A DNA stretch of 63,860 nt. Origin: Octopus bimaculoides. Taxonomy: Eukaryota. Location: contig NC_068982.1 in NCBI RefSeq assembly GCF_001194135.2, forward strand, positions 13,727,491-13,791,350. The letters run 5' to 3'. Under the pieces are notes generated by a model. The model was not told where the DNA came from. It searched no databases and saw nothing but the letters and a program-made list of their open reading frames with translations. Positions 1-11,206 of the stretch are shown one piece after another; the stretch's first letter is position 1, and each line of letters starts with the position of its first letter. Both the position numbers and the translations under genes were made by a program.

Positions 1-230
1 GTGGTGATGGTGGTGGTGGTGGTAGTGGTGGTGGTGGTAGTGGTGGTGATGGTGGTGGTGGTGGTGGTGTTGGTGGTGGTAGTGATGGTGGTGGTGGTCG
101 TCATCGTCATTGTCGTCATTGTTGTCATTGTCGTCATTGTTGTCATTGTCGTCGTCATCACCATCATTGTCGTCGTCATCATCACCATCATCATCATAGT
201 AGTAGTAGTAGTAGTAGTTATCGTAGTAGC
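1..230. repeat. Compound trinucleotide microsatellite (GTG/GTA > GTC/GTT > ATC > GTA)
   Basis: Visible in sequence; explains the poly-Val ORF 1..267. Confidence 0.95.
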
Positions 231-711
231 AACAGCAGTAGTTGATGATGCTGCAGTAAAGGACTGATTCATGGTAAGGTTAAAAGAAGCAGAGGTTATT
301 TCAGAAGTAAGCACAAAATGCAAATCTACAATTTTGACAACATGGATTCTTGATTTTACAAACCGTGTATTTTTATGCCAACTGTAATATCTCCAGCGAA
401 ATGATAACATGAAGAACAACAACAAAACAACAATAACATTGAAAGCAGCAACGATAGAGTTGTAACAAAACCTATTATATTACAGTCAGGATATGTAAAA
501 ATGATACAAATAACCAGAGTCACGGTTTACATAATTGCCAACAGTATTCTAAAAATAAAACCACCTCAAGTTCAGACAAATATCTGTTGAATTATTATTA
601 TTTTTTTTTTTTTATATTTGAGCCATTAAATTTTGCTTCTTTTCTAGCATTCTGATAGAATTCCATCATTTGTCTCAGATATTTTTTTGATAATTTGTTT
701 GAGTTTCTTTT

Positions 712-728
712 TTATTATTATTATTATC

Positions 729-761
<33 letters not shown>

Positions 762-770
762 GTTATTATC
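712..770. repeat. (TTA)n microsatellite
   Basis: Visible run of tta units. Confidence 0.9.
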
Positions 771-1732
771 GCTTTTATTTTTCTCAATTTTTGTTGTTGT
801 TTTTTTTTGTTTTTTCAAAGTACCATATTCACAAGCAAGCGGTAGTACTGATACATGCAAGAAAATAAATTAAATGCCACTTTCAGGAATTATTTGAAGT
901 AAAACTATACTTTGCAGTATTAGACTTAAATTTGCATATTGTGTAAATGACATTCTGTGATGCCAAAGCTTTTAACTGTTTACGGATTCATGGTTCAAAT
1001 TATTCATGCATGAGTTACTTTATCTGAAATTTAGGAACAAAGTGAAGATTGTTAATTTATTTGTTTGCTTCTTAAAACTTAAACAAATTCAGTGTCCAAT
1101 TATAGAAAATTGACAAGTTTTATTGACAAATAGATTACTTTCTGAAATGTTGTAGTTGTTGCTGATGTTGTTGTTGTTGTTGTTTTTTGTTGTTGTTGTT
1201 GTTTTCATGCCAAACTATAAAAACAATATGATTTCTGAAACTCTATTGAAACATTCATTAACACCTGTTGTAATTTGAATTTATTTATCCTGAGATATAT
1301 CATGCATAAAGCTATGAGAATTTATTCATAAGATACAACAACCAGGTTGGAAAGATTTATTACTTGAAATGATGCAGAAGGCAGTAGATTATAATGAAAA
1401 TTAGGTTTCGACGGTGGCTTAATTTAGTAAGTAATTCACAATGTCACTGTCTGGCATTGCAGCGGTACGCTATATAAATATTCATCGTCTCATTAATGGT
1501 CTATTTATAAGCATGGATAAAGTTAACATTTACCGAATTACAACAATGTAAAGGGCCAGTATATATCTCCATTTTCCATTGCAATAGGCAGATAAGAGAC
1601 AAAATTCCCACAAGATAACATGTTTCTGAGAACTTCTTCCATGGGAGGAGCTGATCTAAAAACTGCTGTCATTATTACAAGCAATAAATTATACTATCTT
1701 GCAGAAGCTGTTGAAAATATATGAATTCTGTA

Positions 1733-1947
1733 GACGAGATGAGAACAGTACTGCAGGAGTACTTTTTGACAAGAAGAAGGGAATTTTGGAAGAGGGACCT
1801 TGGAAGAAGTCTACCAGATAGATGGAAGAGCATTGTAGAAAATGATGGAGAGTATATCTTAGATTAAAAAAAGAACTTTGTTTATCTTAAGTCTGAAAAA
1901 TAAAAGAAGTATAAAAAATACCGCATTATTCATGGAATAACCCAATA
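1733..1947 (+). mobile_element. mariner 3' remnant (transposase C-terminus + TIR)
   Basis: Translates DEMRTVLQEYF...SLPDRWKSIVENDGEYILD*, a typical mariner C-terminus; ends in TIR-like accgcattattcatggaataacccaata next to TA. Confidence 0.75.
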
Positions 1948-1958
1948 TATATATATAT

Positions 1959-2417
1959 ATTACTCTTTTACTTGTTTCAGTCATTTGACTGTGGCCATGC
2001 TGGAACACTGCTTTAGTCAAACAAATCGACCCCAGGACTTATTCTATGTAAGCCTAGTACTTATTCTATTGGTCTCTTTTGCCGAACCACTAAGTTACGG
2101 GGACGTAAACACACCAGCNNNNNNNNNNATTGGTCTCTTTTGCCGAACCACTAAGTTACGGGGACGTAAACACACCAGCATCGGTTGTCAAGCGATGTTG
2201 GGAGGACAAACACAGACACACAAGCACATACACACACACACACACATACATATATACGATGGACTTCTTTCAGTTTCCGTCTACCAAATCCACTCACAAG
2301 GCTTTGGTTGGCCCGAGGCTATAGTAAAAGACACTTGCCCAAGGTGCCACACAGAGGGACTGAACCCGGAACCATGTGGTTGGTAAGCAAGCTACTCACC
2401 ACACAGCCACTCCTACG

Positions 2418-2420
<3 letters not shown>
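1959..2420 (-). mobile_element. SINE family A (tRNA-derived head, CORE-like ccttgggcaagtg segment, internal microsatellite)
   Basis: Minus strand starts ggcgtaggagtggctgtgtgg (A box) ... gggttcagtccc (B box); internal (TA)/(TG) tract; tail gaaacaagtaaaagagtaa; about 15 related copies in the window. Confidence 0.9.
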
Positions 2421-2448
<28 letters not shown>

Positions 2449-2575
2449 ATGAAGGAATTAGAAGTGTTTCGTCTACATTAAAATTTCTTCAAAATTTTGA
2501 TATAATATAAATGATAGCATGAGATTCCAGATAGCCAACAACATTATAGCATTACATCAATATAAAGCTACATAA

Positions 2576-2778
2576 GATGGTGAGCTGGTAAGATTGTTAC
2601 CATCCGGAAAAAATGATTAGCAGCATTTTGCCTGTGGAGTTCAAATTCCACTGAGGTCGACTTTGCCCTTCATCCTTTCAGGCTTGATAAAATAAGTAAC
2701 AGTTGAGCGTTGTGATTGATGAAATCAACTTCACCCTCCCCCAAAATTGCTGGCCTTGTGCCAAAATTTGAAAGTAAT
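2576..2778 (+). mobile_element. SINE family B, tail type 2 (...ggccttgtgccaaaatttgaaa)
   Basis: B box gagttcaaattcc followed by the conserved gactttgccYttcatcctttc...aataagta core shared by more than 10 copies. Confidence 0.8.
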
Positions 2779-3199
2779 GTATAAAGCTACAGACATTTCA
2801 CTGAAACCTTTCTAAAATTGTAATTGTAATTGTAATTGTACTAAAAATTAACTGGGAGCCTTTATTTCAGCATGCTAGAAATAAAACCAAGTTTTCCCTC
2901 AAGCCAACCCTACCATCTTAAAAACAATGAGGGATATATTGGACAATGAAATACTGGGTGTGCCTGAATAAATATTGAGCTTCTATGTATATCACTGATA
3001 TCTAACTTCAGCTGCAGGTATCTACCATTGATAAAAGCAAGAAATCACATGATTTGGTCATCCTGGTAGCAATGGCAATGATTATCATCACAATTCCATA
3101 TGAGAAGTTCTCTCGTGGTAAATATCACAGTATTCTATGTTCTAACACAACATCCACTTAAAATGGGAGATAAACATTACCTCACAGTATTTATACTGC

Positions 3200-3421
3200 T
3201 TCTTATTTCTTTACTGCCCACAAGGGGGACAAACAAGGACAGACAAACTGATTAAGTCGATTATATCGACCCCATTGCGTAACTGGTACTTATTTAATCG
3301 ACCCCGAAAGGATGAAAGGCAAAGTCGACCTTGGTGGAATTTGAACTCAGAACATAACGGCAGAAGAAATACCGCTAAGCATTTCATCCAGTGTGCTAAC
3401 GATTCTGCCAGGTCGCTGCCT
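3200..3421 (-). mobile_element. SINE family B, tail type 1 (...tgtgggcartaaagaaataa)
   Basis: Near-identical to the reverse complement of 8986-9206. Confidence 0.9.
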
Positions 3422-3448
3422 TTATTAATACTCCTTCTGTCATTGTTA

Positions 3449-3497
<49 letters not shown>

Positions 3498-3660
3498 ATG
3501 TGTGTGTGTTTGTGTATATGTATGTGTTTGTGTGTGTGTGAATGTGTGTTTGTGTGTGTGTGTTTGTGTGTGTGTATGTGTTTGTGTATGTGTGAGTATT
3601 TGTGTGTAAGAGTGTGTGTGTGTGTGTGTGTCTGAAGAGAGAGAGAGACAGAGAGAGAGA
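3449..3660. repeat. (TG)n/(AG)n microsatellite
   Basis: Visible in sequence. Confidence 0.95.
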
Positions 3661-3734
3661 GAAGTCAGTTGCCCTGGTGATATGACTACTTTGCTGAAAA
3701 TCAAAGAGAAAGAGAATAACTACGGACAACATCT

Positions 3735-4040
3735 TTGAAGCTGTCGGCCAGTTACTGTACCCCGATTATAAATTTATACTTACCAATAATAATCGGTGCA
3801 CTTGGTTATGTTAGCAAATCCCTAAGTTACAATCTGGATAAGCTATGGTTTTCAGAAAACGAAATCAACCAGCTAGTTTGCACATTACAAATACAATTTG
3901 TAAGTGGAACAGTAAAAATATGCAAGACTTTTGTCAGGTTCAAAATATGACATTCTTTTCGTTATCGACATTCCAAAGATGGAGCTTTGTATCTTTGTTA
4001 GAAACCAGCTCCTTCTTTACAAGAAGACTGCAAATAATTA
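3735..4040 (+). mobile_element. 3' fragment of RLE-type (R4/Dong-like) non-LTR retrotransposon
   Basis: PIIIGALGYVSKSL...GTVKICKTF is homologous to 61560-61720 and to the PD-(D/E)xK endonuclease tail at 60940-61330; shares a 3' UTR motif (ccaaagatggagc...gaaa). Confidence 0.7.
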
Positions 4041-4179
4041 AAAGCAGACGTGAACATCCATCTATTTTTCTATCTATCCATCCACCCATCCATCCATATC
4101 CGTCCATCCATCCATTCATCCATCTATATATACATACATTTATACGTACATATATACATACATGCTTTAAAAATGGGTT

Positions 4180-4560
4180 ACAGTGAATATCCTGCTCAGT
4201 TTTGCTTGTCAGTTGCTTGATATTAACCAGTTGAGCATGTCCCTCACTGGCTGATGATATGTGCATCTTTGATCATGTGTAGGAGTAGTGGGGAACTATC
4301 GTAGCCATGTGTTGAGAGAGATTCTTTGGGGTCTGAATAATTCACCCTTGGAAACATAGATATTTCATTCATCATCCTTAAACAACCCTTATTTAGGGAC
4401 CTTTTGAGCGGGAGGGCTACTCAATCTGAATAAAATTCTACCTGGGCCCCATCTGCAAGATCATGCACATATGGCTGTGCCTGGTGTAACTTTATCAGAT
4501 GGGTAGTCATGATGGGTATATTCAGCATCATATACTTGTGCCCCAGCATCACTTTGAAGG
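4180..4560 (+). repeat. Interspersed repeat family D (unclassified)
   Basis: Reverse-complement similarity to 8480-8840 (e.g. catccttaaacaacccttatt vs aataagagttgtttaaggatg). Orientation is arbitrary. Confidence 0.75.
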
Positions 4561-4998
4561 TATGCACTAATCTCTCACATATATACAAATAATGCAATAT
4601 TGATTTCTGATTTTGAAAGGCCAGTTTGTTCAGTGTTCCTGTTATTAATTAACTTAGTCATCTGTTCTCTCAAGTATGGATAAATAAATTTTTCTTATTT
4701 TCTGCTTCTAGGAAGTTCAAATTACATTAACAAAACAGAAGAAAATGACATTAGCTTTATTAGCTTATTTGAGCCATTATTCGAAATAAGCTAAGTATAA
4801 GGCACACATGTAGCCCTTTATCTTAGAAGTTCACTTTGCAGCCATGTGGCTATAGGTTCAATCTTATTCTGCAGCACCATACACAAATTACTTTTATTAC
4901 TGATTAAAAATTGACCAAAGTTTTGTAGGTGAAATTCAGTAGACAGAAGTTATGTAGAAACATATTGAATAAATAGTTCGAATTTACAGAAAACATGC

Positions 4999-5144
4999 TT
5001 ATGTCCCTGTAACTTAGTGGTTCAGCGAAAAAGAACGATAGAATAAGTACCAAGCTTAGAAAGAGTAAGTCCTGGGATTAATTTCTTCAACTAAAAAGGT
5101 GGTGCTCCAGCATGACCGCAGTTTGAAGCAAGTAAAAGAGTAAA
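4999..5144 (+). mobile_element. SINE A, 3' half
   Basis: gtaacttagtggttc...gatagaataagtacc...gaagcaagtaaaagagtaa. Confidence 0.8.
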
Positions 5145-7330
5145 TGTAGAAACAGAGAGAATATAGCGAAAATACTGATTATAAATGTTAGCAATAAGAG
5201 AGGAAATACTTTTAATTGCTTGGAGAAGCTTGTTTGATTGAAGTTTTCCATTTTACTATACTTCATACATGTGACTCCCTACTGTATTCATGTCTTGTAA
5301 AGCAGAATGTTCCCCCTGAGGTATTTATTAGAAAAGATGAATTGTTTCCATAAAAGATTTATGGAAACAATTTTTATCATTTTTCCTGTTAGCTAAATGA
5401 AAATATGAACCCTATATAACTAGCAGTGTTTAAATATATCGAAATTGAAAAATAAATAAATGATGTTAAAAACCATTGCAGCATAAAGGAAGACAAAATG
5501 ATTTATGATTTTAAACCTTTGCAATGATATCAAACAAGGAAATTAAAAAAATAACAAATAAAAAAGCCTCTGTAGAAATCAATCTCAAATTAAAAAACAA
5601 ATATATTTACATTTACAGTCAATTCAGTATACTTCAAAGGCTACTTATTCCCCATATAGACTAATATATGTTTCCAAACCTCTGGCTCAGTGAATTATAG
5701 TAACCTTAATATCCAATGACTTATTCCTGATAACACATTTAGTGGCTGCTGTTGCTATTGTAATTTAACACAAAATGAATTCACGATCTATGCGGATCAG
5801 GACAGCAATTATTCTTGAGCTAGAAGCATGCTAGTGTAGTATTTATAACTTACTAGTAATTCAGTGTAGCATTATGGAATAACATTCAAACGCAAAAGGG
5901 ATATTAGTATGCACAACTCAATTTCCATTCTGAACATAAGCTTGAGTGAAAGTCCTTCTGTGTAAAGCTAATCATTTTCAGTTTCCGCTTTTTGCAAAAA
6001 AAATTACCAGCTGTCTTCATAACGATTTATATCATCCTATTATAAACATACATGTTTTGGTTATTTTATTTGCCATTGAACCTCCTCTTTTTATGTGGAG
6101 GTTAGTTAATCAACACCAATATTGAAGTGTGGATAGAATGAGATAAATCTGCGTTCTCAGTCATATGGTTGCACTCCAAGAATAATTTTTCTTTAGTAAT
6201 GTGTTAATTATGAAATCAATTGTTAATATTTTGCTATTATAAACATGACACTTAAAACTTGTTTTTTCTGCCAATAAAATATTTTTTCAGAGTAAGACTG
6301 TTTTGAGTTCAAAGGGCCTGGCTAATCATTAAAAATTTAGTTTAGCTCTAAAAATGGAAGCTTAAAACAAAATAGAATAAGACGAAAAACAAATTGCTCC
6401 ATAAATATTGATTATAGGTAGCAATAATATCTGGTAGAAGATCATCAAAACTTTGACTAACATCGTAGTGACTGAGAAAAAACATTATTAAATGTAAAGG
6501 TTTCATAGATAAAATCTATAAAAGTACATTAAAGAAATGAAGAGTTGCTTTTGTTTCTAAGCATTTTCAGTGTATTGAAATATGTGTCATGATAATTTTC
6601 AGAATTTTATTGATTAACCATTTTCTGAGTTTGTTACAGACCACATCCATAGCAACTAAAACTTTCTCTGCTTTAGAAAAGTGATATATTTGATTGACTT
6701 GCAGCAACTTGGATGGTTCCAAATATATATTATAAAAGAGTTATGTAATTTACGAGTACAATAATTTCAGAACGTGATATTGGTTTCATTTGAATAGATA
6801 CAAGGATACTATATTTGCAAAGAAGATTACACGGGATATTGCAATGTTCATACCTTTCCAAAAGCATTATCTGTGAAAATGAAGCAGAATGGTTTCAATG
6901 TGAAATATACTCTCAACTGGCATACAATCTCATTTATTTATTTTATAAAGCAATTTGTGCACAATAGTTTCATTGGTTACAGGTTTCCAACAGACCAATA
7001 ATTGATTCATAGTATTTCTGACAGTGGCAATAACAAACGAATGTCTATAATTTGGTGTAGAACAAATTATTTAAGGGAATTCATCTGAGAACTGTTGCTT
7101 TGTTTTGTTTTGTTTTTCTCGTCAATGTTTAGTTCCTTTGCTATTACACTACACCAAAAGACACACACACACACACGTGTGTGTGTGGCAGCTGAGCTTC
7201 CAACTGAACAAAGAAAATTATCTTTCTGTTGGTGTTTCCAGGTGGTGATACTATAGGTTGGCTGAGAATTCTTGACAGAAATGTTGCTATTTGGTGATGG
7301 AGTGGAATTTGATCCCTGAATGCACAACAC

Positions 7331-7386
7331 CTCATCACAGATACATTAAGGCATCTCATCACAGATACATTAAGGCATCTCATCCA
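7331..7386. repeat. 24-bp tandem duplication (ctcatcacagatacattaaggcat x2 + partial)
   Basis: Exact repeat in sequence. Confidence 0.9.
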
Positions 7387-7479
7387 ATGCTCTAACAATT
7401 TCTGCCAATTCACCCAACCCCAACCCCTCTGCTACATTTTCTTTTTAATTTATATATTTTGTATATACATATGCATGTG

Positions 7480-7542
7480 AGTGTGTATGTGTGCATGTTT
7501 GTGCGTGTGTGTGTGAGAGAGAGAAAGTATTTATGCCGATAA

Positions 7543-7578
<36 letters not shown>

Positions 7579-7722
7579 ATATCTTTCATCAATGTGTGTG
7601 TGCGTGTGTATATGTATGTGTGTGTGTATGTGAGTATCTATGTGGAAATCTTTCATCACTATTTGTGTGTGTGTGTGTGTGTGTGAGTATCTATGTGGAT
7701 ATATTTCCTCAATGTGTGTGTG

Positions 7723-7765
<43 letters not shown>
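7480..7765. repeat. Higher-order minisatellite: (TG)n tracts separated by a recurring gtggatatctttcatcaat-like spacer
   Basis: Spacer variants at about 7575, 7634 and 7688. Confidence 0.8.
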
Positions 7766-7865
7766 ACACATTGGATAGTTCAGGTCATCATCATTGCGGA
7801 TGATTGAGAAATGCTGACTTATTAAGTATAAGAAGCTTCTAACCATATTAGTGGAAATGTCTTGA

Positions 7866-7880
7866 TTCTTCATCATCATC

Positions 7881-7912
<32 letters not shown>

Positions 7913-8440
7913 CGTTTAACGTCCGTTTCCATGCTAGCATGGATTGGACAGTTCAACTGGGGTCTGGGAAGCCAGGAAGCTACACCAGGCACCAATCTGA
8001 ACTGGCAGTATTTCTACAGCTGGATGCCCTTCCTAACGCCAACCACTCCATGAGTGTAGTGGGTGCTTTTTACGTGTCACCAGCACAGGAGCCAGAGGAG
8101 TCTGGCAACGGCCACGATCAGTCGGTGCTTTTTGCGTGCCACCAGCATGGAAGCCAGTCAAGGAAGTGCTGGCATCGGCCACGTTTGGATTCTGCTTTTT
8201 ACATGCCACCGGCACGGGGATCACTACTACAATTTCTTTTTGATTTTCATTTTGATGTTGATGTTGATGTACTTGACTCAATAGGTCCCCTCAAGCACAG
8301 CATGTCGCCCTACAATCCAAGATACTTTTGAATGGGCTGGGGCTGGTTATGCGAAACTGGTATAGGATACAGCCTTCACTTACCAGTATATTACTGAATG
8401 GGAAAGCAGCACATGCCTTCAAAGTGAAGCACAAATATAT
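7866..8440 (-). mobile_element. SINE/non-autonomous retroelement family C (RTE-like 3' end, (GAT)n tail)
   Basis: Minus strand ends ggttggcgttaggaagggcatccagctgtagaaa...ccatgctagcatggaaacggacgttaaacgatgatgat; contains internal gccrgtggcacgtaaaaagc repeats; homologous to 44005-44512. Confidence 0.85.
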
Positions 8441-8479
8441 GAAGCACATATATATGGGGCACATATATATATATATATG

Positions 8480-8840
8480 AACCCCAATATTATACTCATT
8501 GTGACTATCCATCTGATAAGGGTACACCAGACACATATATCATAATTATATGTGCAAAACATGGTGACCTCATATCAAGATAAACTGTGCATGACCTAGT
8601 AGATGGGGCCCAATTAGAATGTTCTTCACATTGAGTAGCCCAGTCAGCTCAAAAGGTTCCTGAATAAGAGTTGTTTAAGGATGATGAATGAAAGGCCTAT
8701 GTTTCCTGGGGAAAATTATTCAAACTCCAAAGAATCCCTCTCAGCACATAGTTATGATGCTCCTTTGTTACTCCTGCTCGTGATCAGAGATGCACATATC
8801 ATCAACCACCAAGGGACATGCAAACCGGTAGTACTGAGCA
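8480..8840 (-). repeat. Interspersed repeat family D, second copy (inverted)
   Basis: Matches the reverse complement of 4180-4560. Confidence 0.75.
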
Positions 8841-8985
8841 GAATATTTGTTGTGTATTTATGTATGTATGTATGTATGTAGGTAGGTAGGTAGGTAGGTA
8901 GGTAGGTAGGCAGGCAGGCAGTTGGTGAACAAACAAAAGAAAATGTTTCTTGACATGTAGTTAAAGTTATAATAGTTTAATAATA

Positions 8986-9206
8986 GGCAGCAAGCTGGCC
9001 GAAACGTTAGCACACCGGCTGAAATCCTTAGCGGTATTTCGTCTGCCGTTATGTTCTGAGTTCAAATTCCGCCGAAGTCGACTTTGCCTTTCATCATTTC
9101 GGGGTTGATTAAATAAGTACCAGTTACACACTAGGGTCGATGTAATCAACTTAATCCCTTTGTTTGCCCCCTATATGTTTAGCCCGCTGTGGGCAATAAA
9201 GAAATA
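8986..9206 (+). mobile_element. SINE B (tail 1), full length with TSD
   Basis: 15-bp TSD aatagtttaataata at 8971-8985 and 9207-9221; A box tggccgaaacg and B box gagttcaaattcc. Confidence 0.92.
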
Positions 9207-9412
9207 AATAGTTTAATAATAGGTTCACTCAGTTCCACACGATTCAATAATTTGTAGACACAAATGTGCAGCCACATCCTTAAGTGTATAGAATCAGAGT
9301 GAAGAGAACTTTAAGACAGATCCTTTGTAGATAAGAGTATTTGGGGGCCTCCATTGGTCAATCCAGCTCATGTGAATCATTTGATAAAGTAGTGGTACTA
9401 TATAATTTTATA

Positions 9413-9841
9413 TACCATAAATCCTCGAGTATAATCCACACTTTTTCCCCAAAATTTAAAGGTCAAAATTTCTAGTGCGTACTATACACGAGGTTAAAAA
9501 TAAAAAAATATTTTCTAAGCAAAATTTTCCAAGTGAAAATATGTAAAGGCAATTTACTTGATATTTATTTCTCACTGACATTATTACTGCTATTTCTTTA
9601 TTTTCTTCAAACAAAGTGCACAAAAAAGCTACACGTTTGCATTATGTTATATATACAATAATAATAAAGGACGTTACCGTATATACGTTTACAAACTAGG
9701 GACGTTATATAGACCTCCTTGACTCAACTTAGAGAAGGGGTGCGTATTATACACAAGGTTTAGGTTTTTCAGCTCTACAGCCCCCTAAAAATCTCCCGGG
9801 TATTATATTCAAGGGCAGACTATACTTGAGGATTTACGATG
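9413..9841 (+). mobile_element. Tc1/mariner-superfamily MITE (Tc2-like CCGTA termini)
   Basis: TIRs taccataaatcctcgagtataatcc / agactatacttgaggatttacgat; a second copy lies at 29501-29991. Confidence 0.85.
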
Positions 9842-10149
9842 TTTCTACATGGTAGAAGGAAACAATCTATCCATGTGCACATGTGTGTGTGTGTGTGCAT
9901 GCACACATGTGTCTGAGGTAAAGCAGACCTCAGTATTAAACCATAAATGTTTCTCTTTGTGGCTAGTGAATGCAGATTATTCTGATTAAATTCAAAGTAA
10001 ATTGGTCTGTCTGATTTGCATAAGTTGTAACCAAACTTAATTAAAATAAATATCTCAAGGAGACTTCATTTAAAAAGTATTATTACAAGGAACTTTGTTG
10101 CAAGTATTTACATTCTTAGCTCATATACATGCTTTCCAAGACAAAATTC

Positions 10150-10240
10150 TGGCTTCTTCCGTTCCAACTTTGAATCCCAAAGTGATAACCTTTCCCCTTC
10201 ATCCTTTCAGGATCAATAAAGTACCAGTGAAGGTGGTGAA
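10150..10240 (+). mobile_element. SINE B, degenerate partial copy
   Basis: ccttcatcctttcaggatcaataaagtaccag core. Confidence 0.55.
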
Positions 10241-10247
10241 CTAGCAG

Positions 10248-10279
<32 letters not shown>

Positions 10280-10414
10280 GAATATAATATAATATAATGA
10301 TAATGATAATAATAATAATAATATAATATTGGGGTTAGTAGCCAGTGCTCTTAAACACTATGCCATATGCCTGTGGGCAATTATCGAGTGAATTTTAGGG
10401 CTTATAAATCTCAT

Positions 10415-10580
10415 AATAATAACATTGAAAAATACCTTAGGAATGAGAACCCAGGTTCGAAATTTCCCCAAGACACGTGATGAAGGCTGGAGGGTATATC
10501 AGCCAAAACGTTGTGTTCACAACAAACAAGATGAGGACAAATATCCACCCCAGACAAAACAGTAAATAATGTAAATAAAG
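10415..10580 (+). mobile_element. Probable PLE pLTR fragment containing a decayed hammerhead
   Basis: Contains the hammerhead-like motif at 10473-10516; PLE assignment is inferred from the motif type. Confidence 0.5.
10473..10516 (+). ncRNA. Degenerate minimal hammerhead ribozyme motif (type I)
   Basis: acac-GTGATGA-a-ggctg/cagcc-AAAAC-GTT-gtgt: all three stems present, C3 and G12 mutated. Confidence 0.55.
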
Positions 10581-10589
10581 TAAAATATG

Positions 10590-10720
10590 TTATTCTTTGT
10601 CAGCCTAGCACTGATTTTGCCACTCTCTTTTGCTGAACTGCTAAGTTACAGGGTTGTAAACACACCAACACCAGATATCAAGTAATAATGGGGGAACAAA
10701 CACAGACATACACACACACA

Positions 10721-10767
<47 letters not shown>

Positions 10768-11206
10768 GATGTGCTTCTTTGAGTTTCTGTCTACCAAATC
10801 CACTCACAAGGCTTTGGTCAGCCTGAGGCTATAGTAGAAAGCACATGCCGAAGGTGACACACAGTGGGACTGAAGCCAGACCCATGTGGTTGGGAAGCAA
10901 ACTTCTTATTTCTTTATTGCCCACAAGGGGTTACACACAGAGGGGACAAACAAGGACAGACAAAGGGATTAGGTCGATTACATCGACCCTAGTGCCTAAC
11001 TGGTATTTAATTTATTGACCCCAAAAGGATGAAAGGCAAAGTCCACCTCGACGGAATTTGAACTCAGAACATAATGGCAGACGAAATACCACTCAGCATT
11101 TTACCATCATGCTAACATTTCTGCCAGCTTGCTGCCTTCTTACCATACAGCCACTCTTACCATACAGCCACTTACCATACAGCCACTTACCATACAGCCA
11201 CTCCTG
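10590..11206 (-). mobile_element. SINE A interrupted by SINE B, with tandemly amplified head segment
   Basis: SINE A body runs to 10907 (...aaacttctt) and resumes at about 11137 (ttcttaccatacagcc...); the cttaccatacagcca unit occurs 4 times. Confidence 0.85.
10908..11136 (-). mobile_element. SINE B (tail 1) nested in SINE A
   Basis: Full family B sequence flanked by a short ttctt direct repeat. Confidence 0.88.

Noticed and set aside
1318-1404. Short peptide EFIHKIQQPGWKDLLLEMMQKAVDYNEN*
   Set aside because: 29 codons, weak acceptor, no recognisable family.
2068-2179. Exact 51-bp direct duplication inside SINE A
   Set aside because: It straddles a 10-N gap (2119-2128), so it is an unmerged contig overlap.
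3211-3732. His-Thr, Cys-Val and Tyr-Ile repeat ORFs throughout the window
   Set aside because: Translations of (CA)/(TG)/(TA) microsatellites and SINE bodies.
6798-7000. Open frame QGYYICKEDYTGYCNV... with an EGF-like look
   Set aside because: Cysteine spacing is incomplete and there is no donor; compatible with chance.
7520-7765. CRISPR-like repeat/spacer pattern
   Set aside because: The intervening segments are microsatellite, the repeats are degenerate, there are no cas genes, and the context is eukaryotic.
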